Origin: Candidatus Neomicrothrix sp. UBA6944
GTDB lineage: Bacteria > Actinomycetota > Acidimicrobiia > Acidimicrobiales > Poriferisodalaceae
Direction: 5' to 3'
Length of the DNA: 64,000 nt
Assembly (NCBI GenBank): GCA_002448715.1
Contig: DJZU01000095.1
Location: 22,179-86,178, forward strand
A model generated the notes under the pieces. That model was not told the DNA's origin, made no database searches, and saw nothing but the letters and a program-made list of their open reading frames with translations. A program made the translations under genes and the position numbers. Below are positions 1 to 8,791 of this stretch, piece by piece. The stretch's first letter is position 1, and each line of letters opens with the position of its first letter.

Positions 1-1
1 T

Positions 2-1072
2 GCTGCCCGCGCATACCTTCACCCCGTTCTCAACCGCCTTAATTTGACCGTCCAGACTCGGGCCCACGTCGAACGTCTGATCATGACTCAAGGAAAGGTG
101 GTTGGCGTTGAGACACATGAACGCGCAATCTTGGGTTCGCGGGGTAAATCAAAGAAATATTTTGCCCAAACGGTGATCTGCTGTGCCGGGGCGATCAACA
201 CGCCTCACCTACTTCAACTGAGCGGGATAGGCCCCACTAGCGTGCTCGAACCGGCGGGCATAACAGTTCGCCATGATTTACCCGGTGTGGGTGAAAATCT
301 CCAAGATCATCTAGAGGTCTACGTCCAGCACGCTGCCGTGAAACCAATTACGCAGCAACCAAACCTGTCGCGGTGGCGTCGCCCGTGGATTGGCTTGCAG
401 TGGTTGATGCGGCGTGGGCCCGCGGCAACGAATCATTTTGAAGCGGGCGGTTTCATTCGCTCGTCGACGCAGGTCGCTTACCCAAACGTGATGATTCACT
501 TTCTCCCGCTAGCGGTTCGATATGACGGCACGGTTGCAGCTGCGCCTCACGGATTTCAGCTTCATGTTGGGCCTATGAACGCTCGCTCGCGGGGCTCGGT
601 GCGCCTCAGGTCCGCTGACACCTTCACAAAGCCCCAGATCAGCTTCAATTATTTGGACAACGAGGCAGATAGGCGGGACTGGGTCGATGCTGTCAAAACA
701 GCCCGGAATATTTTGGAGCAGCCAGCTTTGGCGAAAATCAGTGAGGGAGAGTTATCGCCAGGACCTGAGGTTAAGTCCGACGAACAGATTCTCGAATGGG
801 TACGCAGCGATTGTGAAACTGCCTTGCATCCGTGCGGTACCTCCAAGATGGGTGTTGACAATTTATCCGTGGTGGATCCCCTAACGATGGGCGTACACGG
901 CGTTCCGGGATTAAAGGTGGTCGATGCGTCCGTGATACCTACAATCACCAATGGCAACATATATGCGCCCACGATGATGATTGCAGAGAAGGCCGCCGAT
1001 CTTATTTTAGGTAACACGCCGCTGGAGCCCGAGGCTCCGCCTTATTTTCTTGCCAGCGACGACGAGACTTAA
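2..1072 (+). CDS. betA: GMC-family FAD oxidoreductase, choline dehydrogenase-like (C-terminal ~356 aa; 5' end outside window)
   Basis: The frame is open from base 2 (AARAYLHPVLNRLNLTVQT...), so the Met listed at 44 is internal. GMC C-terminal signatures are present: HPCGTSKMG and VVDASVIPTITNGNIYAPTMMIAEKAADLI. Confidence 0.85.
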   Translation, partial: AARAYLHPVLNRLNLTVQTRAHVERLIMTQGKVVGVETHERAILGSRGKSKKYFAQTVICCAGAINTPHLLQLSGIGPTSVLEPAGITVRHDLPGVGENLQDHLEVYVQHAAVKPITQQPNLSRWRRPWIGLQWLMRRGPAATNHFEAGGFIRSSTQVAYPNVMIHFLPLAVRYDGTVAAAPHGFQLHVGPMNARSRGSVRLRSADTFTKPQISFNYLDNEADRRDWVDAVKTARNILEQPALAKISEGELSPGPEVKSDEQILEWVRSDCETALHPCGTSKMGVDNLSVVDPLTMGVHGVPGLKVVDASVIPTITNGNIYAPTMMIAEKAADLILGNTPLEPEAPPYFLASDDET

Positions 1073-2298
1073 GACCGGTCGCGGCTAAACATCTCCGACA
1101 CCATTCGCGACGCCCGCAAAGGGAAAGGTATGAACGGGGTTTGTTTCTCAAGGGCGGGGGCACTGTGGAAGATGACCCGATACAGCAGATAGAGCGTCAT
1201 GGTGGCGAAGGTAATCAGTGGGAAATAGAAATATGCCTTGATGTCGATCCCCAGCAACAGACCTGCAATTAGCGGTCCAAGAAACGACCCAAGCCCGTGA
1301 ACACGGATTAAAAGGGCTGCCGCCGCTGTACGTTCTTGCTGCTGAAGCCAATCGTTTGTGTAGGCCACCGACATCGAATACAGAGGAAGTGCCAGGCCGC
1401 CAAGGAGAAAGAGGCATAACAGGGAAGTGAGATTTCGCCCGTCAAGTTGACTTACAACGAGACAACTCGCTGTAGCACCCAAGGCACAGATCATCATCAC
1501 TCCGCGTCGAGGGACTCGATCGGAGAGTCGACCTAGCGGAATTTGGAGTACGACTGAGCCGGCAAGCGGCGCGCCGACAAAGTTGGCTATTTGCACAGGG
1601 GTCCATCCTTGGGTTGAGCCATAGACCGGTCCAAGCCCAACTAGCGTCCCTAGAGTCATACCTGATAGCCCACAGATCACCAGTCCGGTAGGCACTACCG
1701 AATGAAGCCGGCTAAATGTTATTGGCTCAGGGATCCCGGTCGGAGCTGCTGCTCTCTTCGATAGAGCGACGGGCACGAGAGACATCGAAACCAAAATGGA
1801 TGCAACGGCGAAGAGTGTGAACTCTGTGACGGTGGCTAATCCAATGGAGTATTGGCCGAGCATGGTGGCAGCAACTGCGATCACCATGTAGGAGCTCAGA
1901 AGCCCGCCCCGGTTGGAGTTATCGGCAAAGTCGTTCAACCAGGATTCGGCAACAACGTAGAGGGCTGCCACACACACTCCAAAAGTTAGACGGCAGATGC
2001 CCCAACCCCAAGGAGATATCCAGATGCCCTGGAGCAACACAATTGTCGATGCCAGGGACGCCAATCCAGCAAACGTTCTGATGTGGCCTACTGAATCGAG
2101 TGATTTCCCCACATAGCGTGTACCGAGAACGAAGCCCGCGTAGTAAGCCGTCATCACGAGGGCTGTCGTGGTGGGGCCGAAACCCTCGATCTCAGCCCGT
2201 AACCCCAGCAGAGGCCTCTGCAGACCTACTCCTGCCTGGAGAAGCGCAATTCCGAGAAACAAAGACCATGCGGTGCTTCCTGGTCTCATGCCATTCAT
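1069..2298 (-). CDS. MFS transporter
   Basis: 409 aa with about 12 hydrophobic helices. It carries an MFS loop motif, PLGRLSDRVPRRG. It is convergent with betA and overlaps it by 4 nt. Confidence 0.8.
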   Translation of the reverse strand: MNGMRPGSTAWSLFLGIALLQAGVGLQRPLLGLRAEIEGFGPTTTALVMTAYYAGFVLGTRYVGKSLDSVGHIRTFAGLASLASTIVLLQGIWISPWGWGICRLTFGVCVAALYVVAESWLNDFADNSNRGGLLSSYMVIAVAATMLGQYSIGLATVTEFTLFAVASILVSMSLVPVALSKRAAAPTGIPEPITFSRLHSVVPTGLVICGLSGMTLGTLVGLGPVYGSTQGWTPVQIANFVGAPLAGSVVLQIPLGRLSDRVPRRGVMMICALGATASCLVVSQLDGRNLTSLLCLFLLGGLALPLYSMSVAYTNDWLQQQERTAAAALLIRVHGLGSFLGPLIAGLLLGIDIKAYFYFPLITFATMTLYLLYRVIFHSAPALEKQTPFIPFPLRASRMVSEMFSRDRS

Positions 2299-2366
2299 AG
2301 GGAACTTAAAACCTCAGTGTCTGGGCGTGGTGTGCAAGTATGACCAATTAAGCGCCAGGCGCAAAG

Positions 2367-3242
2367 CTATTTTGCAGACTGCTCTGAGTCAGAAGAGGGC
2401 GCTCGATATACCGGTGCTTGGACGTACTGCCAACCAAAACGCCCTTTGACGCATAAGTGCCCTGAAGTTACTGAATGATCCGCTGGGGATGTGACCTTTA
2501 CGATCTGGTTGTCTTGGGTGTGAAGCTCGAGAGTGCACCCAACGCCGCAATATGAGCAGATTGTTTCGGTGACGGACTGCTCTTCTGGTCGCCAGTTCGC
2601 AGCTTCGCGCATGTCGAACTCGGTCTTAAATTGAAGAGCATTGGTGGGACAGACTCCAATGCAGTTTCCGCAGTACACACAGGCCGATTCGGGTAGCGGC
2701 ACATCGTGTTCCGTCGAGATCTTCGCGTCGAAACCACGGCCCGCTACGGCGATAGCGAAGGTGAACTGAGCGTCATCACCGCACGCTTCGACACACTTGT
2801 AGCAGAGAACGCATCGCTCGTAGGCGCGAACGAATAAGTCGTCTTCTACTTTCGGCGGTGTAGTGGTTTTAACTGGATCCGTGTAGCGATCGCTGTCAGC
2901 ACCGTAATCACTGATTAATTCCTGAAGGTTGTCACTCTGGCTGAGGTCATTTGCGCTGTCGAGGAGCTCTAGAACCATGCGTCGATTTTCTCGAACCCGA
3001 TCTGTGTTGGTCTTAACGGCGGCGCCATCTTCACACGTACGCGAGCAGGCGGGAATCAGCGTTCTAGCTCCTTCGGCTTCGACAACGCACAGACGGCATA
3101 CGTTTACTGGAGTGAGATTCTCAGCCCAGCAAAGTGTTGGAATTTCGATGTTCATGGACTGTGCGGCCTCAAGAATAGTGGTGCCTTCAGGAACAGTTAT
3201 TAGTTGGTCATCAATGTGTAATGAGACTGATTTGTTGCTCAC
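2367..3242 (-). CDS. Formate dehydrogenase Fe-S module (NuoG/FdsA N-terminal-like: 2Fe-2S, two 4Fe-4S ferredoxin motifs, molybdopterin-type Fe4S4 domain), encoded as a separate protein
   Basis: Motifs seen: CRLCVVEAEG, CVLCYKCVEAC, CVYCGNCIGVCP, CSYCGVGC...GHLCVKGRFGWQYVQ. The protein ends exactly where the molybdopterin domain normally begins. Its GTG start overlaps the upstream stop (GTGA). Confidence 0.85.
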   Translation of the reverse strand: MSNKSVSLHIDDQLITVPEGTTILEAAQSMNIEIPTLCWAENLTPVNVCRLCVVEAEGARTLIPACSRTCEDGAAVKTNTDRVRENRRMVLELLDSANDLSQSDNLQELISDYGADSDRYTDPVKTTTPPKVEDDLFVRAYERCVLCYKCVEACGDDAQFTFAIAVAGRGFDAKISTEHDVPLPESACVYCGNCIGVCPTNALQFKTEFDMREAANWRPEEQSVTETICSYCGVGCTLELHTQDNQIVKVTSPADHSVTSGHLCVKGRFGWQYVQAPVYRAPSSDSEQSAK

Positions 3243-4975
3243 GTCTGTACCCCTACTAGCCCCTCTGTGAACGCCGATTGGACGGCTGAGGCTGCGGTGT
3301 GGCCAAGTCCGCAGATAGAAGAGTCGCCCATGACCATAGAAAGATCAGAAAGCAGGACTCTCTCTGATTCGTTCGGTTGAGTACCTCTGATTTGGAGCAA
3401 CACTTCATGTTGACGCGTTGTGCCGATTCTGCAGGGGACACATTGCCCACAGGACTCGTCGCGGAAGAACTTCGCTAAACGCACTAACACCGACCAAAGG
3501 TCGACGTCTTTGGAAAACACGGTGACTGCGCCTGAGCCCAGGGTTGCGCCGCGCTCAGCGGTACCCTCGAAGGACAAGGGCAGATCGAGATTCGGGGGTG
3601 CTAGGAAGCGGCCCGCTGCTCCCCCAAGCAAGACCGCCTGGACGTCCTCGATCTGGACCCCTGCGACCTCAAGCAATTCATGTAGTGGAAGCCCGAATGC
3701 CGCTTCGTACAAGCCCGGATTGCCAACGTCGCCCGAGACGCAAAACAGCTTCGTCCCCGGCGAGTTGGGTGTACCGACAGAACGAAACACGTCGACGCCG
3801 TAGGTGGCAATGTCCAGCACATTGATGAGAGTTTCGGGGTTATTAACAATTGTCGGGCATCCGAAAAGGCCGCTCTCTGTCGGAAACGGGGGTTTGCTCC
3901 GCGGTTCGCCGCGAAATCCTTCAATCGAGTTAAACAGTGCAGTTTCCTCGCCACATATGTATGCACCGGCACCCTGGCGTAGCTCTATATCGAATGTAAA
4001 GGCACCATCGTGGACGTTGGCGCCAAGAAGTCCAGCTTGGTAGGCCTGTTCAATCGCAGATCGAAGCCGTTTTGTAGCTGTTGAGTATTCACCTCTTATG
4101 TAAATCCACCCCTTGGTGCAACCTGTAGCAAACCCAGCGATTGTCATAGCCTCGATCAGAGCGAACGGATCGTTCTCGATAATCATTCGATCTTTAAAGG
4201 TCCCCGGTTCGCTTTCATCGGCATTAGCGACGACATATTTTTGACGATGATCGTGGTTGGCTACGGTGCGCCATTTTCGCCCTGTCGGAAAGGCAGCACC
4301 TCCGCGTCCGGTAAGACCTGATTCTGTGACGAGACGAATAATCTCTTCTTGCCCAACCTCTATTGCCGTTTTGAGCGCCTGATAGCCACCGTGTTCGCGA
4401 TAAGACCTCAGGCTTTGGGGATCAACCAAGCCGAATCGGCGGAGCAGCCGGTTCGCTAACGTAGCGTTGAACTTTTGTTCAGTTTCCCCAGTAGACGCCA
4501 TGTCAACTGGATCTGAGCTTCTCGCTTGAATGAATAGAGCCGGAGCGTTCTCGCATTGACCAAGACATGGACCCTCGTGGACGTTTTTCCCTTCCGCTCG
4601 CAATTGTTGGGCGTAGCCTGACGCATCAGCCAGCGCACAACTCGCATCAACACACACATGATGTCGTGGGCCTGGCATGTCAGGCTCTTCTAGCTCGAAG
4701 AGGTCATAGAAAGAGGCAACGCCGAACGCCTCTGCCGGCGGAACCTGCAGGCTCTCGGCAAGGTAGTTCAAGCCACCTGGAGATATCCAGCCCCTTGACG
4801 CGTTGAGGTCGTGCAGTCCCGGGAGTAAAAGGTGTCGGGCATCGCCAGCGCGTCTGATTCCTCCGAGGACCACCCGTTCGCTCTGTCTGACGACCGGTGG
4901 CTGTTCGACGAGCGCGTCTACCAATGCGCGCTCGTGATCATCGGGTTCTGCATCGCTGAACTTGAGATCAGGCAC
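3239..4975 (-). CDS. Fused NuoE-like (2Fe-2S) / NuoF-like (FMN, NAD, 4Fe-4S) diaphorase subunit of NAD-dependent formate dehydrogenase
   Basis: N-terminal part has VCVDASC...CLGQC (NuoE-type). It also has GRGGAAFPTGRKW (NuoF NADH/FMN site) and ESCGQCVPCR (4Fe-4S). The GTG start overlaps the upstream gene by 8 nt. Confidence 0.9.
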   Translation of the reverse strand: MPDLKFSDAEPDDHERALVDALVEQPPVVRQSERVVLGGIRRAGDARHLLLPGLHDLNASRGWISPGGLNYLAESLQVPPAEAFGVASFYDLFELEEPDMPGPRHHVCVDASCALADASGYAQQLRAEGKNVHEGPCLGQCENAPALFIQARSSDPVDMASTGETEQKFNATLANRLLRRFGLVDPQSLRSYREHGGYQALKTAIEVGQEEIIRLVTESGLTGRGGAAFPTGRKWRTVANHDHRQKYVVANADESEPGTFKDRMIIENDPFALIEAMTIAGFATGCTKGWIYIRGEYSTATKRLRSAIEQAYQAGLLGANVHDGAFTFDIELRQGAGAYICGEETALFNSIEGFRGEPRSKPPFPTESGLFGCPTIVNNPETLINVLDIATYGVDVFRSVGTPNSPGTKLFCVSGDVGNPGLYEAAFGLPLHELLEVAGVQIEDVQAVLLGGAAGRFLAPPNLDLPLSFEGTAERGATLGSGAVTVFSKDVDLWSVLVRLAKFFRDESCGQCVPCRIGTTRQHEVLLQIRGTQPNESERVLLSDLSMVMGDSSICGLGHTAASAVQSAFTEGLVGVQT

Positions 4976-6896
4976 GGTTGTTGCCCACCAACTTATCTAT
5001 CCGGATGGCGGCTGCTTTGAACTCGGCGGTGCCGCTTAAGGGATCCCATTGGTCGTTTGTTAGGAGGTTCAGGTCCACGAGTTCAGGGAAGTGAAACGTA
5101 GTAAAAGCGAGACCTTGGGCTTGGTCACTCTTGATGGAGACCGTCATCTCGACGCTGCCGCGGGGCGATGACACCGTCACACGCTCACCCTCGACCAGGC
5201 TTAACTCCTTGGCATCCAGATGGCTAATCTCCAGATCCACACCGGAACGGATCGGAGAGCTATAGCCCCGGGTCTGTACGCCTGTGTTGTAAGAGTCAAG
5301 GACTCGACCCGTCGTCAGCCGCAGCGGGTAGTCAGACGTCACCTTTTCTTTAGGGCCCTCGTGATTTGTCAAAGAGAATGGTGCCGGGTCATGGCCACCA
5401 AGATCTTCTTCCCAGAGCCAACCGTGGAGGTACTGCGTCCCTGGATGATTGATATCGGGACAGGGCCATTGCAGTCCTTCTCCTTGCTCCAATCTTGTGT
5501 ACGTCATTCCTTTGTGCATAGGTGAAAGTGAACGAAGTTCATCCCAAAGGTGTTCAGGGCTAGTCGTTGGCCAGGGCACACCGAAACGTTGGGCGAGGAG
5601 CCCGATGATTTCGTGGTCGTGACGAGTCCCTGATGGAGGTTCCAGAGCGGCTCTGACCCGTTGAACCCGACGCTCGCTGGAAGTTACGGTGCCGTCACAT
5701 TCTGCCCAGCCAACGGAGGCGGGTAACACCACATCGGCTAGCTCGGCTGTGCGAGTCATGAAAATATCTTGCACTACGAGAAGATCCAGGTTTCTCAGTA
5801 AATCTCTCGTGTGTCGCACATCAGCTTCCGAATCAGCGGGATTCTCGCCGATGATGTAAAGCCCCGTCAGCTCCCTCTTTGCCATCGCTTCGAACATCAA
5901 CGTTAAGTGCAAACCAGGTCTTGGATTCAAGGGGACTCCGTAGGCAGTTTCAAATTTGCGCAGCGCCGTCGGATCGTCAATGTCTTGGAAGCCGGGAAGC
6001 TTGTTCGGCAGGGCGCCCATGTCGCCCCCGCCTTGTACGTTATTTTGCCCCCTGAGCGGAACGAGCCCCGAGCCCCAGCGACCCACATGGCCGGTTAAAA
6101 GAGCAAGGTTGCAAAGCGAGAGTACGTTCTCTACGCCGTTATGGTGTTCTGTGATGCCCAGGGTCCAAAGAATCTGGGCTGTCGTGGCTGTTGCGTAGCG
6201 GTGTGCTAGGTCTTTGATGGTCCCAGCGTCCACTCCGGTGGCGCTGGCCGCGAAATCAAGCGTGTAGGGCTCCACATGCTCGACAAATGCCTCAAATCCA
6301 ATCGTCGAGTGCTCGATGAACCGGGTGTCGTGAAGGTCCGCCGCGATGATTTCGCGCGCTAAAGCGTTTGCTAGAGCAATGTCTGAACCGACATTAATGC
6401 CGAGCCACGTCTCAGCAAATTTTGCAGAATCAGTGCGGCGAGGATCAACGGCGTACATCGATCCACCATTGCGAATTCCCTTCAGCACATGATGAAAATA
6501 GATGGGGTGAGCAGCGCGAGCGTTCGATCCCCAGAGCAGGACAAAGTCTGCCTCTTCTACTTCCTTATATGAAGAGGTGCCGCCGCCGGCTCCGAACACT
6601 GTCGCCAGACCGACGACGCTGGGAGCGTGTCAAGTTCGATTACAGGAGTCGATGTTGTTTGAACCAATTGCGGTTCGCATAAATTTCTGCGCCGCATAGT
6701 TCATTTCATTGGTGCTTTTGGAGCAGCTGAATAGGCCCACTGCTTCGGGACCCTTGTTGGTCATTATCGCAGTGAAGCCTTGGACCACAGTGTCGAGCGC
6801 CTCATCCCAACCGACAGGCTCAAGCGATCCATTTCTTCTCACCAAAGGTGTGTTGAGCCTGGCTAGGGGTTCGGTCTGAACAGCACGTCTCTTCAT
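4968..6896 (-). CDS. fdhA: Formate dehydrogenase catalytic (molybdo/tungsto-pterin) subunit with in-frame UGA (candidate selenocysteine, codon 89); the ORF track splits it into 6630..7043 and 4968..6599
   Basis: Read-through gives ...GSNNIDSCNRT-U-HAPSVVGLATVFGAGGG.... The conserved Arg motif LRGQNNVQGGGDMG lies downstream. The N-terminus RLNTPLVRRNGSLEPVGWDEAL is the usual start of the molybdopterin domain. The start is taken at the ATG at 6896 (MKRRAVQTE...). The longer 7043 start would run into the divergent promoter. Confidence 0.85.
6589..6632 (-). promoter_or_regulatory. Candidate bacterial SECIS element downstream of the fdhA UGA (6630..6632)
   Basis: mRNA reads UGA CAC GCU CCC AGC GUC GUC GGU CUG GCG ACA GUG UUC GGA GCC. 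The stem GUCGUC/GGCGAC (one U.G pair) closes a GGUCU loop and starts 12 nt after UGA. There is outer pairing GCUCC...GGAGC. It resembles the E. coli fdhF mini-helix, whose GGUC loop I recall from memory. Confidence 0.65.
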
Positions 6897-7019
6897 TGGA
6901 ACTCCTGGGACGGAACGTCTACTCCAGTCTAGAAGCGCAAATGTGCGTGGTGGGTTTCTGCAACGGGCAAAACAACGCTCCTCACGAGGATCTTTCCGAG
7001 TTTGGGCTCGAGCGACTAC

Positions 7020-7033
7020 GTGGAACGTTCCAC
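7020..7033. promoter_or_regulatory. Perfect 14-bp palindrome GTGGAACGTTCCAC in the fdh/iclR divergent intergenic region (candidate operator)
   Basis: The self-complementary sequence is read directly. It lies 29-42 nt upstream of the iclR ATG (7062) and 124 nt upstream of the fdhA ATG. Confidence 0.45.
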
Positions 7034-7061
7034 AATGTGGCACACTCGCGTAGAGGTGAAT

Positions 7062-7805
7062 ATGCCGGCAGTTCAGTCAGTCCAAAGGGCGTTCGCTATC
7101 TTGCGAGCGCTAGCGGGATCACCGATGGGCGTTACTCAGCTCTCCCAATCGGTGGGTCTTCCTAAGAGTACGGTGGCTCGCCTCTTAGCGGCGCTAGAAG
7201 AAGAGCAAGCAGTCGTACAGGAGGAGGTCGGTGGAAAGTACGCGATTGGGGACGGATTGCTTGACGTAGTGGGCAATCTCTCCTCTGGACGGAATATTGT
7301 GTCGTTAGCGCGTCCCTTCTTAAGCGCATTAGCCTTCGAGATAGACGAGACAGCGGGAATAGCTGTCCGCGACGGTCATAACGTTCATTACCTTGGCCAT
7401 GTCGGGCCCGACACACAAGTGCAAGTCCGAGACTGGACGGGTGAGTATGCCCCCCTGCATTTAGTGCCGTCGGGGTTGGTCGCGCTCGCTCACTTACCGA
7501 GTGAGGAGTTGGACGAATATTTACAGGGTGGCCTACTGGGTACCACCGCTAAGAGTGTGATTAACGTCGACGACGTGCGTACACGCGTCAAGCAGGTGAA
7601 AAGTGTGGGTTACGCCTGGGGTTTCGAAGAGTTCGCCGCTGGAATTAATTCGGTGGCAGCACCTATCTATGGGCAAGACAATGATGTGGTCGCGCTTCTT
7701 CACATTCACGGTCCCGCTTATCGCTTTCCTGATCCCGACCGCACCCACGACTTAGGAGTTCGGTTAGTCGAAACGTGCGGTGAGTTAAGCAAAAGGCTTA
7801 TCTAG
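7062..7805 (+). CDS. IclR-family transcriptional regulator
   Basis: MPAVQSVQRAFAILRALAGSPMGVTQLSQSVGLPKSTVARLLAALEEE is a typical IclR wHTH. The C-terminal part looks like an effector domain. The RBS AGAGGTGA precedes the ATG at 7062, so the 7002 start listed in the track is rejected. Confidence 0.9.
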   Translation: MPAVQSVQRAFAILRALAGSPMGVTQLSQSVGLPKSTVARLLAALEEEQAVVQEEVGGKYAIGDGLLDVVGNLSSGRNIVSLARPFLSALAFEIDETAGIAVRDGHNVHYLGHVGPDTQVQVRDWTGEYAPLHLVPSGLVALAHLPSEELDEYLQGGLLGTTAKSVINVDDVRTRVKQVKSVGYAWGFEEFAAGINSVAAPIYGQDNDVVALLHIHGPAYRFPDPDRTHDLGVRLVETCGELSKRLI

Positions 7806-8791
7806 GTCGAAGTGCTATTGCCCCGGCGACGTTCAATTTCGGCGATTATCGCTGGCACAACCTCGTGAAGGTCGGCAATCACCGCATAGCCGGCTTTGGT
7901 AACCATGTTGGCCTCGGGGTCTGTGTTTATAGCCAGAATGTTCTTTGATGCCATCGCACCGACCCAGTGTTGGATTGCTCCGGAGATTCCGCAGGCAATG
8001 TAGATGTCAGGAGCTATTCGTGTCCCGGTCTGACCGACTTGGTCAGCGTGACTCCTCCATCCGTTGTTAGTAACAGCACGCGAGCAACCAACCTTGCCCG
8101 ATAGGAGCCCCGCTAGTGCTTCTAGCGAGGCAAACCCCTCAGCGGACCCCACTCCCCGGCCACCTGAAACAACTACTGCAGCAGTAGAAAGGGTGGTGCC
8201 TTCACTTAGAGTTACGCGATCTTGTACTAGCGAACGACATAGAACCGGGTCGAGATTCATTTCAATCGACTCAATTTGAGTTGCCGATGCGGCGGCAAGT
8301 GGCTCTGCTTCCACCGAATGATGCGCATAGGAAATAAAGAGTGACGAGGTGTCCAGGGTGACATCTTCTAATAGTGAGCCGCCCCATTGCATTCGGGTTA
8401 ACTCCCAAGCACCACTGAACTCGGCGTTAATGCAGTTCGCGACAAAAGGAATCTGAGCCCTCGCACTCGCCTGGGCAAGGATTTCGTTACCGCGGTCCGT
8501 CCCCGTAGCCATCACGACTCGGGCCTCTGTGAGAGAAAATAGTTCCGCCATGGCCTGGCCCCATAATTCGGGACCATAGTCAACGATTTGAGGGTCTAGG
8601 ACACTCACTGCTTTGGGAATGCCATGTTCCTCACACAAAGAGACAAATTCGGTGGTCGCCTCACCAATCACAACCGCGATAACAGGTTCATTTAGGTGGT
8701 CGCTAAGCCGGCGGGCCGCGGTGAGAGCCTCGCCTGCTGAGGGCGCGAGCTGCCCTTGATCATGTTCGACTACGACATAAACGCCTGCCAT
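7802..8791 (-). CDS. etfA: Electron transfer flavoprotein alpha subunit
   Basis: 329 aa. The C-terminal FAD-binding region reads VVVSGGRGVG...PDIYIACGISGAIQHWVGM. Confidence 0.9.
   Translation of the reverse strand: MAGVYVVVEHDQGQLAPSAGEALTAARRLSDHLNEPVIAVVIGEATTEFVSLCEEHGIPKAVSVLDPQIVDYGPELWGQAMAELFSLTEARVVMATGTDRGNEILAQASARAQIPFVANCINAEFSGAWELTRMQWGGSLLEDVTLDTSSLFISYAHHSVEAEPLAAASATQIESIEMNLDPVLCRSLVQDRVTLSEGTTLSTAAVVVSGGRGVGSAEGFASLEALAGLLSGKVGCSRAVTNNGWRSHADQVGQTGTRIAPDIYIACGISGAIQHWVGAMASKNILAINTDPEANMVTKAGYAVIADLHEVVPAIIAEIERRRGNSTST

Noticed and set aside
2299-2366. Possible terminator between the FDH Fe-S gene and the MFS gene (GCGCCTGGCGC followed by TTAATT on the minus strand)
   Set aside because: The stem is only about 4 bp with a 3-nt loop, too weak to call. 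The MFS gene may be co-transcribed with the FDH operon.
6897-7043. N-terminal 49-aa extension of the FDH catalytic ORF as listed in the track (start at 7043)
   Set aside because: The extension (MPHCGTFHVVARAQTRKDPREERCF...) has no FDH similarity. It overlaps the divergent iclR promoter and the palindrome. The ATG at 6896 gives the expected domain start.
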